Origin: an uncultured delta proteobacterium
GTDB lineage: Bacteria; Myxococcota_A; Polyangia; Polyangiales; JAFGIB01
Direction: 5' to 3'
Length of the DNA stretch: 64,000 nucleotides
NCBI GenBank assembly: GCA_963778655.1
Contig: CAVZVA010000008.1
Span: 144,939-208,938 of the forward strand
Under the pieces are notes generated by a model. It saw only the letters and a list, made by a program, of their open reading frames with translations, did not search any database and was not told the DNA's origin. Shown piece after piece: positions 22,188 to 33,474 of this stretch (within the stretch, counting starts at the first letter, position 1; every line of letters begins with the position of its first letter). Both the position numbers and the translations under genes were made by a program.

Positions 22188-23561
22188 TCAGTTGGTCTTG
22201 ACCACGACTCCCAGAATCGTGGCACCCCAGACGTTGTGAAGATCGGTCCCTGGCATCTCGAGGGTACCGTCGCTTGGGAATAGTGGCTCCGTTGCGTACT
22301 CGATCCGGTTGTCCAGGCGGATTAGCAGGTTGTCGCTGTCGGGAATCGGCCGGAATCCGAGCGTGAGCGTTCCGGTGGTGAGCAGCAGATCCGTTCCGTA
22401 GAGAACAGCATCAGGATCCTGGAGCACCTCCCCGCGAAGACCGACATCGAACCAGTCGACTACCCTGTAGCCCGCCGCGAGACTCGCGCCCCAGAAGAAG
22501 GTTGTCGCACCCGACTGCGGGGTCTGCACACCGAGGTCGGCGTTGAATACGAGAGAGAAGTCACCCGCATTGAAACGCGCAATGGCATCGACGAGGTGGC
22601 TCAGATCGACGTCGTTGACGTCGTTCTCCGTGACCCCGAGCAGGTAGCCCAACGAAAGACTCGTGCTGTCGCTCGGGGCAAAGGTAGCCTGCACCCCAAC
22701 GTCCGGATAAGGATCCGAGTCGATGAAGGTGTTCGTTCCGTTGACGACGAGCGCTGTGAGTGTGACCGAGTCGGTCGGGGCGTAAACGGTCCGCAACCCG
22801 GTATGGTAGAAGGGCTGCATCAGGTAGTAGAGGGCGCCGCGCGTGTAGTTGATGTTCGCGAAGCTCTCGGAGACCTCGGCCCCGTAGATGGTGTCGAACT
22901 GGCCGAGGTCGAATTGCAGACCTTCCGTGAGGCGCCAGGAGACAAAGCCTTGCTTGAGGTTTTCGAGGGCGAGGCCGGCCGCCGGTGGCGAGCCGCTGAG
23001 CAGTCTTGGCGTGGACGGTCCGAAGCGCAGATTGACTGTCGCCCCGAAATGTTGTGTTTGATAGTCGGCGTCGATGCCGATGAACGATAGGGCGAATCCG
23101 TTGGTGTGCGCGTAGGCGCGGTGAGGAACAGCGGCGCTGATGTCCTGGGCGTCCTCGGGAAACAGCCAATCCTTCATGTAGTAGACGTCGCCGAACATGC
23201 GGAATCGGAGATGCTCGCGAAGGTCGTCCCAAGGGGATTCCGCGGCGTCCGAGGCCGGAGTGCTTACAGAGCCGGCTTCGGGCGCCCCCGCGTCTTGCGG
23301 TGCAGCCACATCCCGCTCTTGAGGAGGCGGCGACGCAGATCGTGCGTCGTCAGGAGGGGCAAGCGCAGATCCAGCGTTCTCGGGATGCGCCGTGCCCGTG
23401 CCCGCGCCCGGAGTTGAAACACCCTCGGCGTCCTGCGCAGCTCCGACCGAGGGAAGTCCGATCACCAGGACCGCCGCAAGAGAGCTGATGAACATCCGCA
23501 TTGCATCCGACGCCGAGCAACGGAAGAGACGCGAGCCAACCTGGTGACGTGACACGAGCAT
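22188..23561 (-). CDS. Outer-membrane beta-barrel (BBP2/OmpL-like porin)
   Basis: Signal peptide, DVYY, GQFDTIYGAEV---N-NYTR, PFYHTGLR, VNG; start uncertain (23561 or 23501). Confidence 0.75.
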   Translation of the reverse strand: MLVSRHQVGSRLFRCSASDAMRMFISSLAAVLVIGLPSVGAAQDAEGVSTPGAGTGTAHPENAGSALAPPDDARSASPPPQERDVAAPQDAGAPEAGSVSTPASDAAESPWDDLREHLRFRMFGDVYYMKDWLFPEDAQDISAAVPHRAYAHTNGFALSFIGIDADYQTQHFGATVNLRFGPSTPRLLSGSPPAAGLALENLKQGFVSWRLTEGLQFDLGQFDTIYGAEVSESFANINYTRGALYYLMQPFYHTGLRTVYAPTDSVTLTALVVNGTNTFIDSDPYPDVGVQATFAPSDSTSLSLGYLLGVTENDVNDVDLSHLVDAIARFNAGDFSLVFNADLGVQTPQSGATTFFWGASLAAGYRVVDWFDVGLRGEVLQDPDAVLYGTDLLLTTGTLTLGFRPIPDSDNLLIRLDNRIEYATEPLFPSDGTLEMPGTDLHNVWGATILGVVVKTN

Positions 23562-23595
23562 GAGTGCACCTTTCATCGTTTCGGCACTCAGCCTG

Positions 23596-23611
23596 AGCAA
23601 TGAACGTGCCC
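23596..23611 (-). promoter_or_regulatory. Sigma-54 promoter of the porin/CBS genes
   Basis: GGGCACGTTCATTGCT, close to consensus TGGCACG-N4-TTGCW. Confidence 0.75.
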
Positions 23612-24047
23612 GCTTCCGCGACGCGATCTATTTCGCGTGTCGACACCACGTATCTCCGCGACTTGATTCGAGAGCAGACGTTTCAGATACCTCGCAGCGA
23701 GCTGCTCGGGAGTTCGTCTCGCCCGGCGCGCCGCAAGGAAGGGCGGTGAAGTTGGTTGCGACTCGCAAGGCGACCGACCCGGCGGGAGCCAAGCAGCCGG
23801 CCCTCTTTCTGAGACCCGTGGTCTATGACCGTTTCGCGACGTCGCCGGCAGACGGCGTGCACCACGCAACATGTCCTCGCGGCCAAGGATCGCGAGCTGC
23901 AAGCATTCGGCCCTGGCGGCGCCGATTTCGCTCGTCTCGATGTGTGCCAGGGCCGCGGCTGCGAACCGTGTTTTCCCCATTAGATACGGCAATCTAGCGA
24001 CGGGGTCGCAAGGCCCGCGTCAACGATCCAGCCGCCCGCACCAACGC

Positions 24048-24063
24048 TGGAACGCTCATTGCA
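24048..24063 (+). promoter_or_regulatory. Sigma-54 promoter of the trkA-like gene
   Basis: TGGAACGCTCATTGCA, GG-N10-GC with TTGCA. Confidence 0.7.
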
Positions 24064-24117
24064 CAACGGTGGATCGCCAGGCGTTGGCAACAAGGGCCTG
24101 AGCGGACTGGAACCATC

Positions 24118-24951
24118 ATGCTGCAAGTCGTCGTCGTTGGATGCGGATATCTGGGGACGTGCCTCGTGGAACGCATGACTGCGGAGGGGATGGCGGTCAC
24201 GGCGATCGACCAGGATGAGAAAGCGCTCTCCGCGATCCAGCGCAGCACGAGCCTGGTTCGCCTGGCTGGCGATCCGATGACGAGCGATGTCATGGAGCGA
24301 GCCGAAGCGCATGGCGCCGACGTTGTGATTGCGGCAACGCGGAAGGACGAGCTGAACGTCGTGATCGGTGTCGTCGCTCAAAAGCTCCACCACGTCAAGC
24401 ATGCGATTGGTCGCGTCCGCGATCCGAAGCGAGCCGATTCTTTCGCCCATCTCGGCGTTGAGACTGTCTGTCCGACCACGCTCGAAGCGGCACTCGTCAC
24501 GCGGCACGTTCAGGCGATCGCGAGTCCAGAAGGCCGGCGCATCGTGATCGTCGGCTGCGGGCAGCTTGGAAGTCACGTGGCGCGTCAGTTCGAGAGCGAA
24601 GGCCACCACATTGCGATCGTCGATAGCGAGCCCGCATCGTTCGAGAGCCTCACAAAGGCTTTTCGCGGGCGTCGCATTGAAGGCGACGCTACAGATCCGT
24701 CGGTGCTTGACCAGACCGAAGCCTCGAAGGCGGACCTGCTCGTCGTCGCGACGCGAAACGACGTGGTCAACCTCGCCGTCGTCGCGGCAGCGACACAGAT
24801 GCTGGGAGTCAGAAGTATCATCACACGCGTGCAGGATCCGAGACGAGACGTGCTCTTCAAAGGAACGACAACGCTCAACTCGACCATCACCACGGCCAGC
24901 GCGATTCTCACCATGATCGGTCGACTGGACGCGACGGAAGCGTCGTCATGA
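24118..24951 (+). CDS. TrkA-family protein with two RCK_N domains
   Basis: VVVVGCGYLG and IVIVGCGQLG Rossmann motifs; GD, AT--D--N in both halves. Confidence 0.85.
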   Translation: MLQVVVVGCGYLGTCLVERMTAEGMAVTAIDQDEKALSAIQRSTSLVRLAGDPMTSDVMERAEAHGADVVIAATRKDELNVVIGVVAQKLHHVKHAIGRVRDPKRADSFAHLGVETVCPTTLEAALVTRHVQAIASPEGRRIVIVGCGQLGSHVARQFESEGHHIAIVDSEPASFESLTKAFRGRRIEGDATDPSVLDQTEASKADLLVVATRNDVVNLAVVAAATQMLGVRSIITRVQDPRRDVLFKGTTTLNSTITTASAILTMIGRLDATEASS

Positions 24952-25259
24952 CCAAGAGCGGATCTCGCAGGATCCTGGCCGGAGCCGGAGTCATCCTGTT
25001 GCTCGTTGTCGGGGCTGCCCTGTGGTACTGGCAGGGCACGGCTGAGCACCGGGCAGTTCATCGGTTGCCACCGGAGGATCGCGCAGCGGTGTTTCGCCGC
25101 GAGTTCGACGCCTTCCACGCGCTCTGCGGGCAAGGCCCGCGGGGCGACGCGCTCCAGGCACGGTGCAAGGAAAAGGCGGAGTTCATCCTCGAGTTTCCCG
25201 AATGCGACGCACGCTGCCAGGAGCTCGCGCGAAGCCACGTTCCGAAGGCGACTCGCTAG
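24948..25259 (+). CDS. Hypothetical membrane-anchored Cys-containing protein
   Basis: ATGA overlap with the trkA-like gene; N-terminal TM; four Cys. Confidence 0.6.
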   Translation: MTKSGSRRILAGAGVILLLVVGAALWYWQGTAEHRAVHRLPPEDRAAVFRREFDAFHALCGQGPRGDALQARCKEKAEFILEFPECDARCQELARSHVPKATR

Positions 25260-25267
25260 CGTGCGCG

Positions 25268-25594
25268 TCAATCGGAGTCGTGTTTTCTGATGTGGACACC
25301 ACCTTCGGTCGAGCGAAGCACTCTTGAGCAACGCAGCTCGGCGACGAACCCGGTCACGACTCCCGCAGCGGCAATAGCAAAAATGCCCAGCGCCGCTTGC
25401 TGGACAGAGCGCGGGGCCCATGGCGCGAGAGCAGTGCAGATCCACAAGGGAACGGCAAGGAGAGCCGTGACATGTACTCGGAGCACCCGGCGCGCCCTCG
25501 CCCTTTCGAGCGCAAGGTGGGCGTTCAAGAACGCGTTCAGCTTGCGCCCTCGAGGATCCTCCCTGGGGTTGGAACGAACTTCCACCAGCGACAT
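25268..25594 (-). CDS. Hypothetical two-TM protein
   Basis: MSLVEVRSNP...; two hydrophobic segments. Confidence 0.5.
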   Translation of the reverse strand: MSLVEVRSNPREDPRGRKLNAFLNAHLALERARARRVLRVHVTALLAVPLWICTALAPWAPRSVQQAALGIFAIAAAGVVTGFVAELRCSRVLRSTEGGVHIRKHDSD

Positions 25595-25758
25595 GACCCG
25601 TTGGTCGGAGCAATGGTCGTGCCGTCGGCGGGCGCCGCGTAGGTGGGCGGCTTGTGTCGTCCTTCCCGTGCGGGCCACCGGAAGATTGCAAGAACCACAG
25701 CGCCGACGTCTTGCATTCTACGATCCCCCTGGTCAGCTGGATGCAAGCGGCCCAACTG

Positions 25759-25971
25759 TTAGGAGCTACGCGGCCACCACGGGTTCATGCGCGCCCGGTT
25801 CACGGCGGATTGCTTCTCGTGCTCGAGGTCGCGGATGAGGCGGACGAGCTCGCGGAGGCTCTGGACGTCGAGGGCGTCGAAGTCAATCTGGTAGCGGCGG
25901 CCGGTGGCCCGGGCCGTCTCGGCCCGGAGCCACTCGATGAGTCGCCGCTTGTCGTAGTTGCCGGTGGTCAT
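25759..25971 (-). CDS. Hypothetical protein (70 aa)
   Basis: [14 protein letters not shown]...; ATGA overlap with the upstream gene. Confidence 0.6.
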   Translation of the reverse strand: MTTGNYDKRRLIEWLRAETARATGRRYQIDFDALDVQSLRELVRLIRDLEHEKQSAVNRARMNPWWPRSS

Positions 25972-26550
25972 GCCTGCTCGGTGAAGAGCTGGGCAACCTC
26001 GTGCTCGCCGGCGGCGGTGAGGTAGTCGGCCAGCGACTTGCGGAAGAGGTCCATGCGGGTCTTCAGGCCCAGGCGCTCGCGGGCCTCGTCGAGCCGGGCG
26101 ACGATCCCGGCCTCCATGCGCAGGGGCAGCACCTTCATGTCGGGGGCCTCGCCGTCCGCGTAGCGCGCGGCGGACCGGGCCGGTCTTGATGCGGCCCTTC
26201 TTGGCCTCGCGGATCTTCCACACCAAATAGCGCGAATCGTGACTGGAAGTGCTTCGCCCAACGACCTCGGTGTAGAGGTGCTGCAGTTCCTCGACCGACA
26301 GCTTGGTGAGCTTGGGCTCGGCGCTCGTGGCGGCGGACTCTGACGCGGTGGACTCGGTTTCCTCGACCGGATTGACCGCCGTGGCGGTTTCCTGCTCTTG
26401 GGCTTCGAGGGCCTCGGCGATGCGACGCAGCAGGAACTTCTTGTTGGGCGACCGCGTGGCCTCGCCGACGATGTCGTGGAACCGGGCCTGCAGCTCGGGC
26501 AGGCGAAGCTCCTCCATGATGCGCATCCGCTTCTTGTTCTCTTTGTTCAT
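25968..26550 (-). CDS. DUF2924-like repeat + ribbon-helix-helix putative DNA-binding protein, indel near 26170
   Basis: Two repeats ([16 protein letters not shown] / [16 protein letters not shown]) followed by KVLPLRM...RLDEAR...[17 protein letters not shown]. Confidence 0.55.
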
Positions 26551-26624
26551 CTTGTCCTCCGGTGTGGTTGGGCCCGGAGGCTCCCGCCGGACCACCCGGC
26601 GAGCACCACCGGGCGGTCTGTCTG

Positions 26625-26927
<303 letters not shown>

Positions 26928-27138
26928 CGTGTCCTCCGTTTCGCCGGGCTTCGTCGCGTCCCGATCGTGAGGACATACAGGCGTCGCTTTCGGAACAGCT
27001 CAAGGCGATTCGACGCAGAATCTGACCTCTTTTCCGTGCCCCGGAACTGGGCGACAAGTCGGCGGAATCTGGCGTGCGACGTGCAGCGGGACCTGCATGT
27101 TCGCGATGACATCGGCCCCATCGCGCGCCCCGCCGGGG

Positions 27139-27371
27139 TCACCGGTCGTGCATGTCCTCGATGGCACCGCGAAGCGCCACGAGGGCCGCTTCGACCTTGA
27201 TGATCGCGGCGGTCTGAGCCTCGGCGAACGCGACGATTTTCTCGTGCAGAGCCTTGAGCTCGCGGTCCTTCTTCTCGTTGACCCGCCAGAACGCCCAGCC
27301 GAGAACAACCACGAGTCCGTATGGGCCGGTCGCCTGCAAGAGCTCTGCGAAGGTAGCGAGGCCGGAGGGGT

Positions 27372-27375
<4 letters not shown>
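27139..27375 (-). CDS. Small holin-like membrane protein (TM + coiled coil)
   Basis: [16 protein letters not shown] followed by a coiled coil; coupled to the amidase gene. Confidence 0.5.
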
Positions 27376-28114
<739 letters not shown>

Positions 28115-28118
<4 letters not shown>

Positions 28119-28552
28119 TGGCTGTTCTCCACCGGCGTGCCCTCAGGCTGCTCGACCTTGCGACGAGCACGAAGACCCTTGGAGAACCAGCGGTCCCGCT
28201 TCTCGGTCGAGAGCGGCTTCGCGAGCGAAGGGGGAACATTGCCCTCGTCGTCGCGAAGGGCAGCGTTGACCTTTCCACGCGTGACCAGCTCAGCGTGGAG
28301 CTCGTCGACCATCATCCTGTGCAGGTGCCCGAACGAACCCTGCGACGGATGCTCGGGCTCGTTGTCAGGGGCCCGCACCAGGAACTCGACCGCGGCGCAA
28401 ACCGGGCACGGCGGCATCGGGACCATCCGGCCGTCAACCTGTTGGTCGCGTGCGACGCCGACCTCGAGGTCATCGATGAGCACGCGATGCTCGTCGTTGC
28501 ACGACTCGCAGCGCTGGAGAATGTCGGTGGTGGTGATTTCGTGGATGGCCAT
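28115..28552 (-). CDS. Hypothetical Zn-ribbon protein downstream of the fibre
   Basis: CESC...CPVC; AGGAGG RBS. Confidence 0.65.
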
Positions 28553-28562
28553 TCGTTCCTCC

Positions 28563-30467
28563 TCACGCGATCGCGGTGTACGTGCCGAACCACCAAGCGG
28601 TCCCGAATCCCGAGATGCTCTGGTAACTGAAGAAGCCGAACCCATCGCGGTCGGCGAAGAAGGTGCTCGGCGAGCCCGAGAATCCGGAGCTCGCGCTTGA
28701 GACCGAGAACGTGATCGACGAGGGCGTGGCCGGAAACCGTGCGCGAAACGTGACGGCACCGCCGCCAGCGAGGGACCGAGTCGCGTTGTCCGAGTTCGAC
28801 CACTCCATGCCGAGGCGCCCGATCTCCTGCGCAGTTCCCGAGAGCACGAGGCCCGAGTTGACGGTGCTGCTCATGGGCAGCGTCCAAGTGCTCGTCCACG
28901 TCGTAAACGTCGGGGCGAAGCTGTCCTCGTGCAGGAACTCGATGTCAGAGCGTGAGAAGCGAAAGCCCCCTGAGAACCAGCTCGTTGAATCTCGCACCCA
29001 CTGCGAGCCGTCCCACGACGCGTTGATCGTGAACCAGATGGACGTTGTGTCGGCGTAGACGCGAAGGCGCCCCGCCGCGCCGCCGACACCGAGCGCGTCC
29101 CAGAGCAGCGCCTTGGTCCCGCCGAGGTTCGGTTGACGAATGGTGCGGTGCTGTCCGGCACTGCCTTCGTTGCCGCGAAAGTGGTCGTCCTCGAAGGCGT
29201 CGAGAATCTCCGCGAGCGCAGTCTCGACGTTGGTGGCGGTCAGGTTGCCGCCCGCGTCCGCGACGGAGACGGCCGAGGCAGCGTGGGCTCCACTGGCATC
29301 GTTCAGATGGTCATTGGTGGCGCTGAGAAGCGTGGCGAGTTGGGCGTCGACGGTGCCGGCCACAAGCGCACTTGGACTCCCGGCGACGGCATCTGCTCCG
29401 ATGCGTGATGCGCCGGCCGTGCCCGCCGCTTGCGAGCCCAGGTCGGTGACGATCTCCTGGAGCTGCGCCTGGACGCTGGTGCCGGCGATGTAGTTGTGGG
29501 CGACAGCCGCGATGGCGCTCGCTGCGTGAGCACCCGCGGCGGCTCCCACGTGGGCGTTGATCCACGCGAGGAGCTGCGAGAGCTGTCCGTCGACATTGCC
29601 AGCGGGTAGAGCGTTCGGCGTGCCGGCGACCGCGTCGGCCCCGACCTTCTGCGCTCCGGGTGTTCCCGACGCGGTCGAAGACAGGTCATCGACGAGCTCA
29701 TGGATGGCGCCCTCGACGTTGGTAGCCGCCACGAATCCGTGAGCGGGAATGTCGATGGCCGTGGCGGCGTGCCGACGAGCTGCGCCGGTGAAGTGATCGG
29801 TCAGCTCAGCATCGATCTCATCGAGCGACGCCTGCACCGTATCCACCGCCGGCTGGAGCGTCGTCCAGCTCCCGCTCACCACCTGGACCGCGTCGCCTTG
29901 CGCGAAGATGAAGGCTTGCCGCCTGGAAGTGTCGATGTCGGGCGCGAGGATCTGGGTCTGGCCATTGCCTCGCAAGACGTCGCAGATCAGAAGCTCGTCG
30001 GGCTGAAGGGCTACCTTCGCAGCGGATCCGATGGGTCCCGGTGGTGCCTGGCGCACGACGATCTGGAACAACTCGTCGCGCCGGAAGAATACCTGCTGCG
30101 AGTTGCCGTCGGTCCGCGGGTCAGACAGCAGGCGATCGAACTTGAGGTAGATGCCCAGCCAGCGCTCCTGCCCGGCCGAGGGGACATCGGTGGGGATGCC
30201 CGCGAAGTCGACGGCGCAGTCTACCGTCTGCCCAGTGCCGAAAAAGATGCGCTGGCCGAGGTTGTCGTAGGCGCGGCCAGGTGCCGTCAGGTCGATGGTC
30301 AGATTCGGGACCGGCGAGTGTGGTGTCGGCTCGGCACCGCTGATGATGCCGTAGACCCCGATGTCGGCCGCCAGGTTGCGATCGGCCTTCTCGAGTAGCT
30401 CGAAGGCCAGGTCCAGCTCGGCCTCGGTGACCTTCTGGCGGAAGTAATAGTCGAGACGGTCTGCCAT
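28563..30467 (-). CDS. Tail fibre-like protein
   Basis: Position after the baseplate; internal repeats HAA(T/S)A(I/V) and GADAVAG-P-AL-AG-VD-QL; aromatic beta-rich C-terminus. Confidence 0.7.
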   Translation of the reverse strand: MADRLDYYFRQKVTEAELDLAFELLEKADRNLAADIGVYGIISGAEPTPHSPVPNLTIDLTAPGRAYDNLGQRIFFGTGQTVDCAVDFAGIPTDVPSAGQERWLGIYLKFDRLLSDPRTDGNSQQVFFRRDELFQIVVRQAPPGPIGSAAKVALQPDELLICDVLRGNGQTQILAPDIDTSRRQAFIFAQGDAVQVVSGSWTTLQPAVDTVQASLDEIDAELTDHFTGAARRHAATAIDIPAHGFVAATNVEGAIHELVDDLSSTASGTPGAQKVGADAVAGTPNALPAGNVDGQLSQLLAWINAHVGAAAGAHAASAIAAVAHNYIAGTSVQAQLQEIVTDLGSQAAGTAGASRIGADAVAGSPSALVAGTVDAQLATLLSATNDHLNDASGAHAASAVSVADAGGNLTATNVETALAEILDAFEDDHFRGNEGSAGQHRTIRQPNLGGTKALLWDALGVGGAAGRLRVYADTTSIWFTINASWDGSQWVRDSTSWFSGGFRFSRSDIEFLHEDSFAPTFTTWTSTWTLPMSSTVNSGLVLSGTAQEIGRLGMEWSNSDNATRSLAGGGAVTFRARFPATPSSITFSVSSASSGFSGSPSTFFADRDGFGFFSYQSISGFGTAWWFGTYTAIA

Positions 30468-30498
30468 CGGTTGCTCTCGGAGATGGGTCTCCCAGAGG

Positions 30499-30529
30499 GG
30501 CAAAGCGCCGGAGGGGCCGAGCGGGGACA
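30499..30529 (-). promoter_or_regulatory. Phage bipartite promoter motif, copy 1 (fibre gene)
   Basis: TGTCCCC-N16-GCTTTGCC. Confidence 0.7.
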
Positions 30530-30586
30530 GCGAGTGGTGCCGGTGAGGGCTCGACGGAGGCCACAGACACCGGGTAGAACCAGCTC

Positions 30587-30998
30587 GTGGATCCCCGCCT
30601 CAACTTCGTCACGCTCGTCGTCGCGGATCTGGACCGTGCCCGTCGCTTCTATCTTGAGGGCCTCGGCTGGACCGCCGCGCTCGACGTGCCGAAAGAGGTC
30701 TCGATGATCCACGTCGGCGACAAGCTCGTGCTCTCGCTGTGGGCAGAGTCAGCGGCTCGCGGCGAGATCGGAGAGGTCACCCGGGGCGGAACGCTCCCGT
30801 TCACGCTCGCGCACAACGTCGGCTCTCCCGCTGAGGTCGACGCCGTACTCGAGACGGCCCGTGTCGCGGGCGCGGCGGTGCATGGGGCCGAGCAGCGCGA
30901 CTGGGGCGGCTACAGCGGCTACTTCACAGAATCCCGACGGTTTCCGCTGGGAAGTCGCCTACAATCCACACCCCATCGGCGGAATGACGCTACCGTAG
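30587..30998 (+). CDS. VOC/glyoxalase family moron, indel near 30930
   Basis: [30 protein letters not shown], then [13 protein letters not shown] in the shifted frame. Confidence 0.85.
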
Positions 30999-31020
30999 CT
31001 CGCGGCCGACTCGCCTGAGA

Positions 31021-32358
31021 TCAGTGCAGCTCGGTGGTCTCGCCGAGCTCGCTCGAGCCGAGTTCCCAGTGGTCGATGAAGGCGGGCGGCATGGGCTCGT
31101 TTAGGTCCACGAAGTGGGTGTGCGCGGGCTTGAGGTAGTCGACGATGGCGCGGATCTGACTCCGCTCGGTCGTGCTTAGCGGGATGTCCACCTCGACGTC
31201 GAAAGCGTAGCGCGCGAAGCGATCCGAGGGACCCAGCTCCCAGTCGACGCCTAACTCGGACTCGCCGAGCACCAGCGTGGTCCCGTTGAAGGGCGTGATG
31301 GCGGTGATGTCGATGCCGAGGAAGAAACGGATCGCGTTCTCGATTCCGATCGCCGTGCCCTTCTGTCGATACATCTCGACGAGCACCGAGGCGAGCCGCC
31401 GCTTGTCGAGTTCGTCGAGGTCGAACGGAAACGGGTTGCCCAGGTCGTGCAAGATGAGGTCGAGGAATCCCTCAGGTGCTCGCTCGATATCGAAGACGTC
31501 GCCGAAGCGATCACCTTCGGCGACCAACAGGTCGAGTGCCTCCTGCAGGCACGCGATGAAACGACGGAGGTCACCGGTCACGTCGTCGCGCCGGTTGTGC
31601 CTCGGGAGCATCGACCACAGATCGAAGCCCCGCCCCGCCGGTCGAGGGGGACGGTATCCGCTGAACACTGCCACGTCGTCGGGCACGACGACCGCGTTCT
31701 CTTTCTCGTCCTCGACGCCGGTGACTGTCACCTGGTAGCGAACGTCGGGCGTGAGCTCGGTGTCCACGGTGACCCGGACGGCGGCACCCTCGCTGATCGC
31801 TTCGATTGGGGCCACCGGCACCGCCGGCAGGTCCAGGGCCACGAAGGCGAAGCCCAACGGATCGGTCACCAGCACCTCTTCGTCGAAGCCTACGCGCACG
31901 ACCTTTGGCGCGATGGCCTGCGCCCCGACGACCTTCGGAGGATTGCGGTCCTCGGCGACGAACGAGTACGTCTCGTCGAGCGCGAACACACCTCCGGCCG
32001 TTGCCGTGACCACGCGAACGGTGACGAGCGCCTGGCTCGCGAGCGGCGTGGTTGGATCGACCACGACTCGCAAGGTGTCCGCGGTTTGTAGTGCGGCTGC
32101 GCGCGGCCCGTCGAAGCCAGGCTTGAACTCCGGTGCGCCGCCGCCCTCGAAGGCCAAGACACCGTCGATCAGCACACGCGTCACTGCGCGATCGATTCCG
32201 TCGGGGCCCGGGTCGATGATCTCGAGCGCGATGAACCATTCGAGCGGCACGCCGATCTCGCCCGGCCCTGGGTCTCGGTTCAGAAGCAGCGGCCGCCCAG
32301 CCGCGATCTGGGCGGCGATGGTGTCGGCGTAGAGTCCGGGTAGCTCGAGTACTGGCAC
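31021..32358 (-). CDS. Baseplate/tail protein (P2 gpI-like) with N-terminal Ig-like domains
   Basis: LRRF...APEGFLD-IL--LG, YRQKGT--GI, KPAHT. Confidence 0.8.
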   Translation of the reverse strand: MPVLELPGLYADTIAAQIAAGRPLLLNRDPGPGEIGVPLEWFIALEIIDPGPDGIDRAVTRVLIDGVLAFEGGGAPEFKPGFDGPRAAALQTADTLRVVVDPTTPLASQALVTVRVVTATAGGVFALDETYSFVAEDRNPPKVVGAQAIAPKVVRVGFDEEVLVTDPLGFAFVALDLPAVPVAPIEAISEGAAVRVTVDTELTPDVRYQVTVTGVEDEKENAVVVPDDVAVFSGYRPPRPAGRGFDLWSMLPRHNRRDDVTGDLRRFIACLQEALDLLVAEGDRFGDVFDIERAPEGFLDLILHDLGNPFPFDLDELDKRRLASVLVEMYRQKGTAIGIENAIRFFLGIDITAITPFNGTTLVLGESELGVDWELGPSDRFARYAFDVEVDIPLSTTERSQIRAIVDYLKPAHTHFVDLNEPMPPAFIDHWELGSSELGETTELH

Positions 32359-32367
32359 CGACCGCTC

Positions 32368-32768
32368 CTACGGGATCGGCACGAGCTCGAGCCGAACGCC
32401 GACCACGTGCAACCCGGAGAGCTTGGAGACGTTGGCGGCGAGATCGGTCAGCACCCTGGTGCAACCCGGCTTGCAGGTGGCGGCTGCCACTTTGGCCCCG
32501 TCGACGAGCATCGATACCTCCCAGGCGAGGCCCACGGGCAGCGTCTTGGGCACGCGCAGTCGCAGTACGGCGCGCACGAGGTCCACGTCGGTCAGATCCG
32601 TCTGTTGGCGTCACCTCGGCGTGGTCATCGGGCTCGAGCTCGAAGAGGCGGCCGGGCTCATCCTCGCCGAGCACGAAGACGTAATCGCCGGACGGACACC
32701 GGCGCGTTCAGCGGATGGATGCGTCCCTGCCCGATGCCGAGGCGGCTGGTGAAGGCATCGAGCTCCAT
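32368..32768 (-). CDS. Hypothetical tail-region protein (indels)
   Basis: MELDAFTSRLGIGQGRI... joins ORF 32368-32586; TGATG coupling. Confidence 0.55.
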
Positions 32769-33463
32769 CAGACCTGCCTCAGAAGCTCGAGGTGGTCGAA
32801 GTAGCCGCGGCGAGTGACGTCTGCCACCGTCATGCCGAAGCCGCCCCGCCCCGACGTGAGCGGCTGACTCCCGGAGTTGATACCGAGGTGGTCGTCGATG
32901 AACTCGACCATGCCGGGCACCGGCTGCCAGTCGGGCGGTGCTCCGAGCGGATGGGCACCCAGGTCGTTGCGAAGGACCTTGAGCACCACGTCGCCGTTGT
33001 CGTTCACGATCACGTCCAGGCGCAGATGCAGCCACGTGGCCTGCGAGAAGCTCTCGCCCGAGGCGAGCAGCACGTTGGGTCCTTCCGAATCCGGGATGCC
33101 CACCGCCACGGCACCTTTGCGCAGCACGATGCGGTGCGGATCGTCGTCCGAGAGCCCCAGCAGGTACGCGGTGTCGTTCACCGAGTTGCCCTGGCAGGCG
33201 AGATACAGAAACGGCGAGAACCCCGTCGGTCCGCCACCGGGACCGCGCTGGACGCACCCTCGAATCGACGCGCCCTTGGCCATCGGCGCGAAGTCGACGA
33301 GGTTGCAGAACAGGCCCACGGCCCCCTGCACGGCGGCGAGCGAGTTGAAGGCGAACAGGAAGCTGCCGCCTCCTGGCGGGCGAGCGATGCCCGCGGTCAC
33401 GCCACGATCGACGGTGGCGATGTCGAGTCCGTCGTTGAGATAGGTCCAGTCTGCTTCGGCCAT
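32768..33463 (-). CDS. Hypothetical beta-sandwich tail/baseplate protein
   Basis: MAEADWTY...WLHLRLDV...YFDHLEL; GAGGAG RBS. Confidence 0.7.
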   Translation of the reverse strand: MAEADWTYLNDGLDIATVDRGVTAGIARPPGGGSFLFAFNSLAAVQGAVGLFCNLVDFAPMAKGASIRGCVQRGPGGGPTGFSPFLYLACQGNSVNDTAYLLGLSDDDPHRIVLRKGAVAVGIPDSEGPNVLLASGESFSQATWLHLRLDVIVNDNGDVVLKVLRNDLGAHPLGAPPDWQPVPGMVEFIDDHLGINSGSQPLTSGRGGFGMTVADVTRRGYFDHLELLRQV

Positions 33464-33474
33464 GGGTACGCTCC

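Larger units (their letters stand above)
11500..25750. mobile_element. Putative acquired potassium-homeostasis island between tRNA-Asn and the prophage
   Basis: Visible drop in GC and third-position bias compared with 1-11.4 kb; adjacent to a tRNA; functionally coherent gene set; no integrase inside. Confidence 0.5.
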
